61,654 nt of DNA from Candidatus Magnetominusculus sp. LBB02 (GCA_022321325.1 JAKOEO010000012.1:1-61654), one strand, 5' to 3'; positions 39,299-52,294 are shown, counted from the stretch's first letter. Numbers and translations are program-made. Notes: generated by a model from the letters alone, not told the origin.

Positions 39299-40978
39299 AT
39301 GTCTTTTTTAAAGTGCGATATCACTGGGTTTAACGTAGATAAGCGAGTGTTGCCCTTGATAAAAGCAAACGCGGTGGTCTCTGTGGTTTCCCTTCTTTTG
39401 GCCATACTTACCGCCATACTGGTGCTTTTTACAAGGTGGCAGGTCGTCCATCTGCTCCCGGTTGACTGGTATTACAGGATACTTACGCTGCATGGGTTGG
39501 TGGCGCTTGTTGTGTGGATAGTGTTTTGGGAGATGGCCGGGCTTTATTTCGGTTCAACTGTGGTGTTAAACGCCCGACAAATTGCGCCGGGGCTTGGCTG
39601 GATTGCCTTCTTGCTCATGGTCGTGGGAACTGCGCTGGTTGCCTTTGCCGTTTTGACAGGCAGGGCGGATGTTCTTTTCACCTCTTATGTGCCGCTTAAG
39701 GCCAATCCTATACATTATCTTGGGATAATCCTCTTTGCCGTTGGCGCCCTTATCGTTTGCGGGTTGTTTTTGGCCAATATCATAGTGGCAAAGAAAGAGA
39801 AGACTTACGGCGGCGGGCCGCTTCCTCTTTTCACCTTTGGTCTGCTTACGGCGACAATATTGGCTATCGGCACCCTTCTTTCCGGCGCGGCTATTTATGT
39901 CCCTGTATTTCTGTGGTCATTGGGATTAATACAGTCTGTTGACAGCATTGTTTACAGACTGGTGTTCTGGGGTTTTGGTCATTCAGCCCAGCAGGTTAAC
40001 GTGGCCGCGATGATATCAATATGGTATCTCGGCGCGTTCTTAACTGTCGGCGGCACGTCAATAAACGAGAGAATCAGCAGAATGGCGTTTTTGTTCTACA
40101 TGATCGGCATTAACCTTGCCTCTGCCCACCATCTGCTTGTTGACCCGATTCCGTCTCCAGCGTGGAAGATAGTAAACACCAGTTATTTTATGTACCTGGC
40201 CGTGTTGGCCTCTATGATTCACGCCTTTGCCGTTCCATCGGCGATTGAGGTAGCCCAGAGAAGGCGCGGCTATACGAAGGGGCTTTTTGACTGGCTCAAG
40301 AACTGCCCGTGGGGAAATCCTGCGTTTGTCTCGGTGTTTTTGGCCGTTGTCACCTTTGGATTTATCGGCGGCATTACCGGCGTTATCAACGGCATGGAAC
40401 AGACCAATATGATCGTACACAATACGCTGGCCCTTCCCGGACACTTCAAGGGCACGGTCGTCAGTGGAACGACACTTACGTTTATGGGCGCCACGTACTA
40501 CCTGATACCGCTTATATTCAGGAAGAAGATATCCTTCTTCGGCGCGGCTAAGGCTGCCCCGTGGCTGTTTGCAATCGGCATAGTGCTGCTTTCAGCCGGT
40601 CTTTCCACGCTGGGTTATCTTGGCGTACCGAGAAGACACTGGGATATTACGTATGCCGGAGGGCCGTTTACCTACACGTATCCTCCTATTGCAGACCTTC
40701 TGTGGGTTGTTGCCGTTCTGGGTGGAACGATAGCGTTTATCGGCGCTCTTATATGGATTTTGGTCGTGGTGATCTCCGTATTCTTTGGAAAGCCTATGAC
40801 AGGGCCGGCAGATTTTCAGCTTCCTCTGGCATCGCCGCTTCCTCCGGAGAGCAAAGAGCACGATTCAAAGTTCGTCGCCCCCGGCACTTTTGCGCTTACT
40901 ATTATCTGGATGTTGGCGTTTTTGATCTTTGCAACTATAAGCTGGGGCTGGCTCAGCATGATGTGGGAGGTCAAATAG
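39299..40978 (+). CDS. Heme-copper superfamily subunit I, eNOR-type nitric oxide reductase
   Basis: LTLHG, WGFGHSAQQVN (Gln where the crosslinked Tyr normally lies), SAHHLL, PGHFKG. Confidence 0.82.
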   Translation: MSFLKCDITGFNVDKRVLPLIKANAVVSVVSLLLAILTAILVLFTRWQVVHLLPVDWYYRILTLHGLVALVVWIVFWEMAGLYFGSTVVLNARQIAPGLGWIAFLLMVVGTALVAFAVLTGRADVLFTSYVPLKANPIHYLGIILFAVGALIVCGLFLANIIVAKKEKTYGGGPLPLFTFGLLTATILAIGTLLSGAAIYVPVFLWSLGLIQSVDSIVYRLVFWGFGHSAQQVNVAAMISIWYLGAFLTVGGTSINERISRMAFLFYMIGINLASAHHLLVDPIPSPAWKIVNTSYFMYLAVLASMIHAFAVPSAIEVAQRRRGYTKGLFDWLKNCPWGNPAFVSVFLAVVTFGFIGGITGVINGMEQTNMIVHNTLALPGHFKGTVVSGTTLTFMGATYYLIPLIFRKKISFFGAAKAAPWLFAIGIVLLSAGLSTLGYLGVPRRHWDITYAGGPFTYTYPPIADLLWVVAVLGGTIAFIGALIWILVVVISVFFGKPMTGPADFQLPLASPLPPESKEHDSKFVAPGTFALTIIWMLAFLIFATISWGWLSMMWEVK

Positions 40979-40982
40979 GCCG

Positions 40983-41804
40983 TTGAAGCAATATCTGCTC
41001 TTTCTCTGTTCGGCGGCGGCGTTTGTAGTATTTGTCTGCGGCACATGCGCAGGCGATGATAAACTAACGTCGCCCAACGAGAAAGAGACCTTGGGCAAGG
41101 CCGTACCCAACGTCAAACTGTTTGATTCATACGGCAAGGACCGCACCATGTCTGACATAATAGGGGGTAAACCCCTCATTATGAGTATCATCTACACAAG
41201 GTGCGAAACGGCCTGTATCATTATCACAGACGGCCTGACGGAGGTTGTCAAAAAGATGGGGGATGCGGGGAAAGACTATAATGTCCTCACGCTGTCGTTT
41301 GACCCTTCGGACACGCCAGAGAGGCTTGCAAAGTTCAGGACGCAGTGGGGGCTTGACGGCCCCGGCTGGGTGGTGGCCTCAGGCGAGGACGCCGACCTTA
41401 AAAAGTTGCTTAGTGCGATAGGATTTTCGTATAAACTTGACAAGGAGACAGGTGAGTTCATTCATCCCAATCTCCTTGTCATTCTTACCCCTGACGGCAG
41501 GATTTCAAGATATGTCTACGGCGTTAATTACGACGACAATAATCTGAAATTGAGTCTGCTTGACGCAAAAAGGGGCACTTCCACGTTGAGCGTTATGGAG
41601 GGGGTGCTGCTGTGGTGTTATCAATATGACCCTGTTACAGGTTCGTACAGGTTTGACTATGCGTTCCTGCTTGAGGTCATAAGCGGGCTTGCCTTTTTTA
41701 TTTCCCTGTTGTTCTTTTTCTTTGCGAAGAAAGTAATCGCCTGTCTGCGCACGTTTGCCGGTTCAGTCAATGTAGGACAGACCTTGCCGGCAGATAAGAA
41801 TTAA
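40983..41804 (+). CDS. SCO/SenC copper chaperone
   Basis: YTRCETAC (CxxxC), FIHP, C-terminal TM. Confidence 0.9.
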   Translation: MKQYLLFLCSAAAFVVFVCGTCAGDDKLTSPNEKETLGKAVPNVKLFDSYGKDRTMSDIIGGKPLIMSIIYTRCETACIIITDGLTEVVKKMGDAGKDYNVLTLSFDPSDTPERLAKFRTQWGLDGPGWVVASGEDADLKKLLSAIGFSYKLDKETGEFIHPNLLVILTPDGRISRYVYGVNYDDNNLKLSLLDAKRGTSTLSVMEGVLLWCYQYDPVTGSYRFDYAFLLEVISGLAFFISLLFFFFAKKVIACLRTFAGSVNVGQTLPADKN

Positions 41805-41976
41805 CGCTTACTGCCAAGCTTATTTCATATTACTTCAAAAAAATTAAACAGGGTGACTGTGGTCACTGCTTTGTTTGTGGTATTAATGCTTTGATAATTC
41901 CATATTTGTTGTCTGTGACAAATTACACGAGGGGGCCTGCCGTTGGTGGGCTATATTTTATAGAGAGGAGAGGGAT

Positions 41977-42744
41977 ATGGGCTATAATTGGAAGACTAAA
42001 ACCTTCATTGAGGAAAGGAAGTTTGTAGTCTTATTGTTTTTAATATCCTCAATTTTGGGCCTTGCTCTGACGGGTCATGCGGAGGAAGCTGCCATGGACG
42101 GTAAGGAGACTTACAAGAAGCACTGCGCGCCATGCCACGGTTTTGAAGGCAAAGGGGACGGGCCGGTGGCAAAGGCGGTATTTCCAAAACCGAGGGATTT
42201 AACCTCTGGATCATATAAGATTCGCTCCACACCAAGCGGGTCTCTTCCTACGGACGAGGACATCCTGCACACGTTAAAAAATGGGATGCCGGGGACGAGT
42301 ATGATTCCGTGGGACATCTTAGGCGACGATGTTCTTAAGTCGCTGGTTGAGACAGTAAAGGGTTTCGCACCTTTTTTCAAGGATGAAAAGCCTGACCATC
42401 CTGTAAAGATAGCTGACAAGACATCATCATCGCCGGAGACCATAGCGCTAGGGAAGAAGGTCTATATGGATAACGGATGCTGGAAGTGCCACGGGCAAGA
42501 GGGAAGAGGCGACGGGCCAAGCTCTGACAGGTTGAAGGACGATTCAGGTAAACCGATAACGCCGTATGACTTTACAAAAGGCGATAACCTCAAGGGCGGC
42601 AATACGGATGTGGATATATTTCTTAGGTTTACCACCGGTATGACCGGCACCCCTATGCCGTCGTATGAGGATACGATAGATGCGGCTAAGAGATGGGCGC
42701 TTGTCCACTACGTCAGAACGCTGATGAGACCAGCACAAAAGTAG
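41977..42744 (+). CDS. Diheme cytochrome c (paralogue of 37796-38557)
   Basis: CAPCH and CWKCH, PRDLT..RSTPSGSLPTDED. Confidence 0.92.
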   Translation: MGYNWKTKTFIEERKFVVLLFLISSILGLALTGHAEEAAMDGKETYKKHCAPCHGFEGKGDGPVAKAVFPKPRDLTSGSYKIRSTPSGSLPTDEDILHTLKNGMPGTSMIPWDILGDDVLKSLVETVKGFAPFFKDEKPDHPVKIADKTSSSPETIALGKKVYMDNGCWKCHGQEGRGDGPSSDRLKDDSGKPITPYDFTKGDNLKGGNTDVDIFLRFTTGMTGTPMPSYEDTIDAAKRWALVHYVRTLMRPAQK

Positions 42745-42787
42745 TTATTATATGATAACTATTATCGCCGAAAAGGAGATTTGAGAT

Positions 42788-44500
42788 ATGAGAAATCTTG
42801 GATGTAAAAAAGTGGCGGCATGCTTAATCGTTCTGGCGATTACGATGTGCCTTGCGTTGCCTGTCTTTGCAAAGGACTCCGGCAATATTGAAGATACGCC
42901 CAAATTCACGAACATCTACGAGGGGCTGCCGGATAAATACAGGGATATGTATGAAAAACACACAGGATTAAGCGTCGGCGCCGGCCCGTGGGGCACTTAT
43001 TTTCCAGTGCCGAAGCTCCACATGTACTGGTCGCCTGAGAAGCACTACGAGCCTTCTAATAAGATAGACCATACGATCTTTATCGAGAAGAACAGGACTG
43101 AGTTGTGCGTAAAGTGCCACGAGGGGATAAATGTCGGGACGGTGCGCGACTGGCAGAACTCCGCCCACTTCAATCCTAACAAGACACAATTTACCGCGAT
43201 GAGGACCAAGCAGATTGAGGCAGACCTCGGCAGGAAGATTGAACAGGTAACCTGCTTCGACTGCCACGTCAATGCGGAGAAAAAGATCATCAGGATGCCG
43301 TCGGCCAATGTTTGCGGGCAGTGCCACGGGCAGCAAGTGCAAGAACTTATGCAGGAAAGAGACCATGGTCGTCCCAATCATATTCAAGGCTGGGAGTCAA
43401 ACGTTGTGCCGCCGTGGTACGGCGAGGCCGGAAGGAGAGGGCAGATAATCGGCATGGTCGGCTGCGATATGTGCCACGCCGCTACAGAAAAATGCGACGG
43501 CTGCCACACGCGCCACACATTCAGCGCCACAGAGGCAAGAAAGCCAGAGGCTTGTATGTCCTGCCACATGGGGCCTGATCATCCCGATGCAGAGACTTAC
43601 AGAGAATCGAAACACGGCATGATCTATGAGATGGAAAAAGAGCATTTCGATTTCACCAAACCGCTTAGCCAGGTACAAATCGGCAAGGACTACCGCACCC
43701 CGACGTGCCAGCTATGCCACATGTATCAGGGAAGCGGCAGGTTTTCGCATAACTTTGTCGCAAAGGGCATATGGCGTATGGGAACCGTCCCGCCGAAACA
43801 GATAGACTTTCAATCCTCGCTGAAGGACTATCCTTACGGGATTAAGATAATACCGCCAAAGATAGACCTGAAATCGCCCGATAATATCGAAAAGAGAGCG
43901 AAGTGGATAGAGTTGTGCTCGAAATGCCACGGCCCCCGATTTGCCGAAATCTATCTTGAGACCCTGGATGACTATATGATTCAGGCATTTAAGATGACAG
44001 ACGAGGCGCAGTTAATAATTGACAACCTGTTCAGGGACAATATGATATATCCCTCTGTGCCCGACAGAGATATCTATCCAATGGGTGACCATGCGGCGGA
44101 CGTGTTCGGGAAGGAACTTCTTGGCGAAGGAGTCTATAATGCATTCAAACTAACCGGCGGCAAGATACCTGTAGTCGGGCCTATACTAGGCGTCTATGGG
44201 TTATTTTATCAGGGTATAAATAACCCGTCAGAGATAGAAAACACATACGCAAAGATGTGGTTCTTCTACAAGAATCAGGGATATAAGGGCACTGCCCATG
44301 CCCAGCAGGACTACTCGTGGTGGTGGGGCCAGGCTCCGATGCTTCATTCGCTTGGGTCAATCAGGTCTGAAGACCAAAGGCTTCGCAGAATAGCAGCCGA
44401 TGAGGCGAAGTACAAGCTAAGATCAGTCATAGTCCTGTCCACATTAGCTATTTTAATCATAGCGGTTGTGATACTGTGGATAAGGAGACGGAAGGACTAA
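42788..44500 (+). CDS. Octaheme hydroxylamine oxidoreductase-family protein, membrane-anchored, reductive type
   Basis: Eight CxxCH; CHTRHTFS..EARKPEAC..CHMGPDHP..ESKHG; AHAQQDYSWWWG; C-terminal TM. Confidence 0.9.
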   Translation: MRNLGCKKVAACLIVLAITMCLALPVFAKDSGNIEDTPKFTNIYEGLPDKYRDMYEKHTGLSVGAGPWGTYFPVPKLHMYWSPEKHYEPSNKIDHTIFIEKNRTELCVKCHEGINVGTVRDWQNSAHFNPNKTQFTAMRTKQIEADLGRKIEQVTCFDCHVNAEKKIIRMPSANVCGQCHGQQVQELMQERDHGRPNHIQGWESNVVPPWYGEAGRRGQIIGMVGCDMCHAATEKCDGCHTRHTFSATEARKPEACMSCHMGPDHPDAETYRESKHGMIYEMEKEHFDFTKPLSQVQIGKDYRTPTCQLCHMYQGSGRFSHNFVAKGIWRMGTVPPKQIDFQSSLKDYPYGIKIIPPKIDLKSPDNIEKRAKWIELCSKCHGPRFAEIYLETLDDYMIQAFKMTDEAQLIIDNLFRDNMIYPSVPDRDIYPMGDHAADVFGKELLGEGVYNAFKLTGGKIPVVGPILGVYGLFYQGINNPSEIENTYAKMWFFYKNQGYKGTAHAQQDYSWWWGQAPMLHSLGSIRSEDQRLRRIAADEAKYKLRSVIVLSTLAILIIAVVILWIRRRKD

Positions 44501-44524
44501 GTTTCGCTTTTAGAGTTTTTTGCC

Positions 44525-44559
44525 AAAAGGGATTCCTGCTAAGTTGGGAGTCCCTTTTT
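44525..44559 (+). terminator. Intrinsic terminator
   Basis: AAAAGGGATTCC..GGAGTCCCTTTTT hairpin with U tract. Confidence 0.85.
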
Positions 44560-44644
44560 ATTTGTCATCCCTTGTGCATTAATATTTTGTTTTTAAGGGC
44601 GTTTCGTATATAATACCCCTTGTCATGATAAAAACCAGAAACAG

Positions 44645-45598
44645 TTGCCGGTTCATGCCGTGCAAGCTCTAAGAGTTGGCCTAGCCGGGCTTGGCTATTT
44701 CGGCAAGCACCACGGGCGCATTGTCTCGGAACTGGATGAGGCCGTCCTTGCGGCGGTATGCGATACGGACTTCTCAAAGGCAGAGGATGCGGCAAAGAAA
44801 TATAACTGTAAGGCATTTACCCAAATAGAGGAGATGCTTCCGTTTGCCGATGCCTTTATCATTGCCACCCCTACGCAGACGCACAGCGCCGCAGCGCTTA
44901 AGTGCCTGAGAGCTGGTAAGCATGTGTTTGTTGAAAAACCCATCACCGGCGATGTTGATGAGGCGCAGCAATTGATAGACGAGGCCAATAAGCGCGGCCT
45001 TATCCTTCAGGTCGGCCATGTGGAAAGATTTAACCCCGGCCTCCAGGCTCTTTTTACGTTGCTTGACCAACCGATATATATCGAGACGCGGCGGGTGTCG
45101 CCGCTTATCGAGCGTGCGGCAGGAATTGACGTTACCCTTGATCTGATGATTCATGATATTGACATCGTGCTTTCAATTTCCAAATCTCCTGTAAAGACGA
45201 TAAGCGCCGCGGGGGCGCGCGTTTTGACCGGCTGCATAGACACGGCAAAGGCGTGGATTGAGTTTGAAAGCGGCCTGAAGGCGTTCTTAACGGCAGGTAG
45301 GCTTTCCGACGACAAAAGCCGGACAATAACGGTGTCGCAAAAAAACGAACAGTTATCGCTTGACTATCAAAGCGGCGCAATAACGAAATATGTACGAAAC
45401 GGCTCTGCAATGAAGGCAATAGCGCTGGATAAACCGCCTGCGGCTGAGCCTCTGAAAGAGGAGCTGCGTGGCTTTATCGAAAGCGTTCAAACTGGGAAAA
45501 TGCCTTTGGTAACCGGAGAGTGCGGCAGGAGGGCCTTGAGCCTTGCCCTTACTATAGGAACAATAATAAAAGAGGGTGCAAGCGGTGTGATGATATGA
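44645..45598 (+). CDS. gnnA: Gfo/Idh/MocA oxidoreductase, GnnA-like
   Basis: GLGYFG, HVFVEKP, GHVERFNP, DLMIHDID; upstream of an aminotransferase and lpxB. Confidence 0.75.
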   Translation: MPVHAVQALRVGLAGLGYFGKHHGRIVSELDEAVLAAVCDTDFSKAEDAAKKYNCKAFTQIEEMLPFADAFIIATPTQTHSAAALKCLRAGKHVFVEKPITGDVDEAQQLIDEANKRGLILQVGHVERFNPGLQALFTLLDQPIYIETRRVSPLIERAAGIDVTLDLMIHDIDIVLSISKSPVKTISAAGARVLTGCIDTAKAWIEFESGLKAFLTAGRLSDDKSRTITVSQKNEQLSLDYQSGAITKYVRNGSAMKAIALDKPPAAEPLKEELRGFIESVQTGKMPLVTGECGRRALSLALTIGTIIKEGASGVMI

Positions 45599-46686
45599 TT
45601 CCGATGTTGGATTTAAGAAAGGAGTTCCTCGATATCGAGGACGAGGTCGCAGCCTCAGTAATTGAGGTGCTAAAGAGTACAAGGTATATCTTAGGGCCTC
45701 ATGTTGAGGCATTTGAGGCGCAGTTGGCCAAATATCACGGGCTTGGGTTCGGGGCAGGCGTTGGCTCTGGCACGGGGGCGCTGTTTTTGAGCCTTGCCTC
45801 GCTGCCAATATCAGCCGGGGATGAGGTAATTACAACGCCATTTACGTTTTTTGCCACCGCAGAGAGCATTCTCTACGTAGGCGCAAAGCCCGTATTTGTT
45901 GATATTGACCCTGTCACGCTCAATATGGATATAGATTTAATCGAAGAGAAGATTACAGAAAAGACCAAGGCAATACTGCCCGTACATCTTTTTGGCCTGC
46001 CATGCGATATGAAACGCATAATGGCGCTGGCAAAAAAATACAATCTGCATGTTGTTGAGGACTGCGCCCAGTCGTTCGGTTCGTCAATTGACGGAAAACT
46101 CACCGGCACGTTTGGAAGCGCCGGGTGCTTTAGTTTTTATCCCAGTAAGAATCTGGGCTGCTACGGCGACGGCGGTGCGGTTGTTACAGATGACCGGCAA
46201 ATGTATGAAAATATTCTGGCGCTGAGAAATCACGGCTCGCGTGGCAATTACATTCACGACGTAGTTGGCTTTAACAGCAGGCTTGATGAGATTCAGGCTG
46301 CCATTCTGCTGATAAAACTAAAGAAGGTTGAGCATTACAATGCCATTAGAAGAGAAAATGCCGCCATCTATACGTCCCTTCTTAGCGGCGCAGTGGTGTG
46401 TCCCCATATCCCGGATGGATATACGTCCAACTACCACCAGTACACGATACGCTCTGCCCACAGAGATAAGATAAAGGACGCCCTCGCAGCCTCTGATATC
46501 TCATCGGTGGTCTATTACCCGCTGCCTATTCACCTGCAAAAGCCGCTTGAGCAGTTTGGATTTAAAAGAGGGAACTTCCCTGTTGCCGAGGCGGCCTCTA
46601 AAGAGGTCTTATCGCTTCCCGTCTATCCCGGCCTTCCAAAAGAAGAGATTGAAAGGATTGCAGAGATTATAAAGAGATGCCTGTAA
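45595..46686 (+). CDS. gnnB: DegT/DnrJ aminotransferase, GnnB-like
   Basis: VEDCAQS, SFYPSKNLG, NSRLDEIQAA; ATGA overlap with gnnA. Confidence 0.75.
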   Translation: MIPMLDLRKEFLDIEDEVAASVIEVLKSTRYILGPHVEAFEAQLAKYHGLGFGAGVGSGTGALFLSLASLPISAGDEVITTPFTFFATAESILYVGAKPVFVDIDPVTLNMDIDLIEEKITEKTKAILPVHLFGLPCDMKRIMALAKKYNLHVVEDCAQSFGSSIDGKLTGTFGSAGCFSFYPSKNLGCYGDGGAVVTDDRQMYENILALRNHGSRGNYIHDVVGFNSRLDEIQAAILLIKLKKVEHYNAIRRENAAIYTSLLSGAVVCPHIPDGYTSNYHQYTIRSAHRDKIKDALAASDISSVVYYPLPIHLQKPLEQFGFKRGNFPVAEAASKEVLSLPVYPGLPKEEIERIAEIIKRCL

Positions 46687-47810
46687 GGGTTATGATTATC
46701 GCTGGGGAGGCCTCCGGCGAGCTGTATGGGGCGATGCTTGCAGTTAGACTGAAAGAGATGTGGCCCGGCCTCTTGTTGCTTGGCATAGGCGGGGAGAAAA
46801 TGGAGGCCGTCGGCGTGGAGCTTCTAAGCGGCATAAACAGCGCCTTTGGCGGCGTGGGAGCGTTGTCGTCTGTCAGACATCTGATAGCCTCTTACAGGAA
46901 AGTTAAGGATGTCTTCAGGACTGTCCGCGTTGATGTTGTAGTGTTGATAGACTTCCCTGATTTTAACCTCAAGGTGGCAAAGGCCGCAAAAAAATGCGGC
47001 ATCAAGGTCCTCTACTACGTAAGCCCTCAGGTATGGGCATGGCGAATGGGCAGGATAAAAAAAGTAGCGCGGCGAAGCGATATAATTGCCGCCATACTTC
47101 CCTTTGAGCCAGAGATTTACGCAAAGGAAAACGTATATTGCGAATTCGTAGGCCACCCTATCGCAGAGGAACTGAAAAACCATCCAGTTGACAAGGCCGC
47201 TGTCAGAAGAGAGTTTTCTATTGATGGCAGCCGCCCCGTTGTGGGGATACTTCCCGGAAGCAGGGGCAGCGAACTTCGCAGACACCTTCCTGTGCTGATA
47301 GACGCCGTAAAGATATTGAAGGTGCGCCATCCCGAATTTCAGTACCTGATGCCGATTGCCCCAAATCTGGCTGTTGATACGTTTGGGGCGATGCTTGTTG
47401 AGTTGGAGTCTCTGGGTGTAAAATTTACAGACGGGCGGGCGGTTGAGGTGTTGTCGGTTTGTAATCTCGCCGTAGTGAAATCGGGGACGGCGGCGTTTCA
47501 GGCGGCACTTATTGGAGTGCCGGTAGTGGTTATATATAAAATGGCGGCGCTGGATTATAATATAATTAAGAGGATTATAGAGGTGAAATATATAAACCTT
47601 GTCAATCTTATCTACGATGCCCCGGTGGTCAAGGAACTGATTCAGGATATGGCAGTGCCGGAGGCTGTGGCGGGGGAACTGATTAAGCTATACGAAGACG
47701 AAGATTTGCGAAATGAAACGCTTGAGAAGTTCAGACGCCTGAGGGAGATATTCGACCAGAAAAACCCGACAAACCGCGTAGCTGAAATGGTTGCGCAGTT
47801 AACCGCCTGA
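46677..47810 (+). CDS. lpxB: Lipid-A-disaccharide synthase
   Basis: AGEASGE, IDFPDFN, YYVSPQVWAWR, FVGHP, LPGSR. Confidence 0.96.
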   Translation: MPVRVMIIAGEASGELYGAMLAVRLKEMWPGLLLLGIGGEKMEAVGVELLSGINSAFGGVGALSSVRHLIASYRKVKDVFRTVRVDVVVLIDFPDFNLKVAKAAKKCGIKVLYYVSPQVWAWRMGRIKKVARRSDIIAAILPFEPEIYAKENVYCEFVGHPIAEELKNHPVDKAAVRREFSIDGSRPVVGILPGSRGSELRRHLPVLIDAVKILKVRHPEFQYLMPIAPNLAVDTFGAMLVELESLGVKFTDGRAVEVLSVCNLAVVKSGTAAFQAALIGVPVVVIYKMAALDYNIIKRIIEVKYINLVNLIYDAPVVKELIQDMAVPEAVAGELIKLYEDEDLRNETLEKFRRLREIFDQKNPTNRVAEMVAQLTA

Positions 47811-47813
47811 GCT

Positions 47814-49061
47814 GTGGCGTTAATCTACCGCATATTATATCTACTTGCCCTTATGGCCATAGTGCCCGCCGAGTATTTTAAGAGGCCTAAGGAATTAAGA
47901 AGACGCTGGTTTTTAGAAAGGTCTGGTGTCTTACCGGATGAGACCGGTACTTCTCCAACCGTCTGGATTCACGCAGTATCAGTGGGCGAGGCCATAAGCG
48001 CCATACCCCTGATACGCCGTATCGCAGCCGAGATTACCCCGCACATTGTCCTGTCAACCGTTACCGACACAGGGCAGCAGACAGCACGGGAGAAACTCCC
48101 TGATGACATCAGGATAGTCTATGTGCCGTTTGACACATCCGCGGCGGTAAGTCGGGCTATCAAGGCGGTCAACCCGCGCGTATTTATCGTCATGGAGACG
48201 GAGCTGTGGCCGTGCATAATTGATCAGATGCACAGGCGCAACATTCCTGTTGTGATACTCAATGGCCGCATATCTGAAAAATCCTTCAAAGGTTACAGGA
48301 AAATCAGGTTTTTTATGAAAAATGTCTTGCGAAACGTAACGCTCTTTGGAATGCAGGACGCGGTATATTCAGAGAGAATCATAGAGATGGGCGCTGACAA
48401 GAATACCGTGAAGACACTGGGGAATTTCAAATTTGACGCCGTACCGCCTGCCACAGCGCCGCAGTGGGCGCTTGTACTGACACATCCTGTAATAGTCATA
48501 GGCAGCACTCACGAAAAGGAAGAGGCCATTATCCTAAGCGTGATAAAGAGGCTTATGGCAGAGTTTGAAACGCTCTGCGTTGTGTTGGCCCCGCGCCATC
48601 CAGCACGTTTTGATGAGGCCGCCTCGATATTAAACTCTTTCGATATGCCATTTATAAGGAGGAGCGAAATTGCGCATATGCCAAAGGCCGCCGACCATGG
48701 CATGGTCGTCCTGCTTGATACAATAGGCGAACTTGCGTCAGTTTATGGGGCGGCGGATGTATGCGTAATGGGCGGGAGCTTTGTGCCAAAGGGCGGGCAT
48801 AATCTGCTTGAGCCGGCCTACTGGGGAAAGCCCATCGTGTGCGGCCCGCATATGGAGAATTTTCCTATGACAGGGGAGTTTCTGGCTGCCCACGCAGCCG
48901 TTAGCGCAGGCTCTGATGACCTGTACGACATACTTTCAGAGCTTCTCTCAAACGAGGCAAAAAGGGCTGAGATGGGCAGACAGGCGCAGGCTCTTTATAG
49001 AAAAAACTCCGGGGCCATTGACAGTGCCGTCAGAGAGTTAAAGACTATAATGGGCGTCTGA
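47814..49061 (+). CDS. waaA: Kdo transferase
   Basis: WIHAVSVGE, ETELWP, APRHPARF, GGHNLLEP. Confidence 0.96.
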   Translation: MALIYRILYLLALMAIVPAEYFKRPKELRRRWFLERSGVLPDETGTSPTVWIHAVSVGEAISAIPLIRRIAAEITPHIVLSTVTDTGQQTAREKLPDDIRIVYVPFDTSAAVSRAIKAVNPRVFIVMETELWPCIIDQMHRRNIPVVILNGRISEKSFKGYRKIRFFMKNVLRNVTLFGMQDAVYSERIIEMGADKNTVKTLGNFKFDAVPPATAPQWALVLTHPVIVIGSTHEKEEAIILSVIKRLMAEFETLCVVLAPRHPARFDEAASILNSFDMPFIRRSEIAHMPKAADHGMVVLLDTIGELASVYGAADVCVMGGSFVPKGGHNLLEPAYWGKPIVCGPHMENFPMTGEFLAAHAAVSAGSDDLYDILSELLSNEAKRAEMGRQAQALYRKNSGAIDSAVRELKTIMGV

Positions 49062-49064
49062 CAA

Positions 49065-49075
49065 TTGGTGCAACA
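49065..49075 (+). repeat. Minimal tip of the IS1202-like right end
   Basis: TTGGTGCAACA, 17 bp before TTGACC-18-TATAGT. Confidence 0.55.
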
Positions 49076-49147
49076 TGAGGCAATTAGGCCGCTTGACCTG
49101 AGAGAGACAGTTTAGTTATAGTAACTTGCAGAAATACAAGGAGGATT

Positions 49148-52177
<3,030 letters not shown>

Positions 52178-52294
52178 ATCATCTGTATGATAACGCAACA
52201 GGAGGGAAAAGATACATTATGCCGCATGTTTTTTAACTGCGCACTACTACAATATGCTGCATTACCGCTATTACAAAAAAAATAATAATTACTA

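Noticed and set aside
39299-40978. Ordinary ba3/aa3 cytochrome c oxidase
   Set aside because: The active-site helix has HSAQQ, lacking the Tyr of HPxVY.
42788-44500. Evidence for ammonia oxidation or anammox
   Set aside because: The crosslinking Tyr appears absent; no amo, haoB/cycAB or hzs genes in the window.
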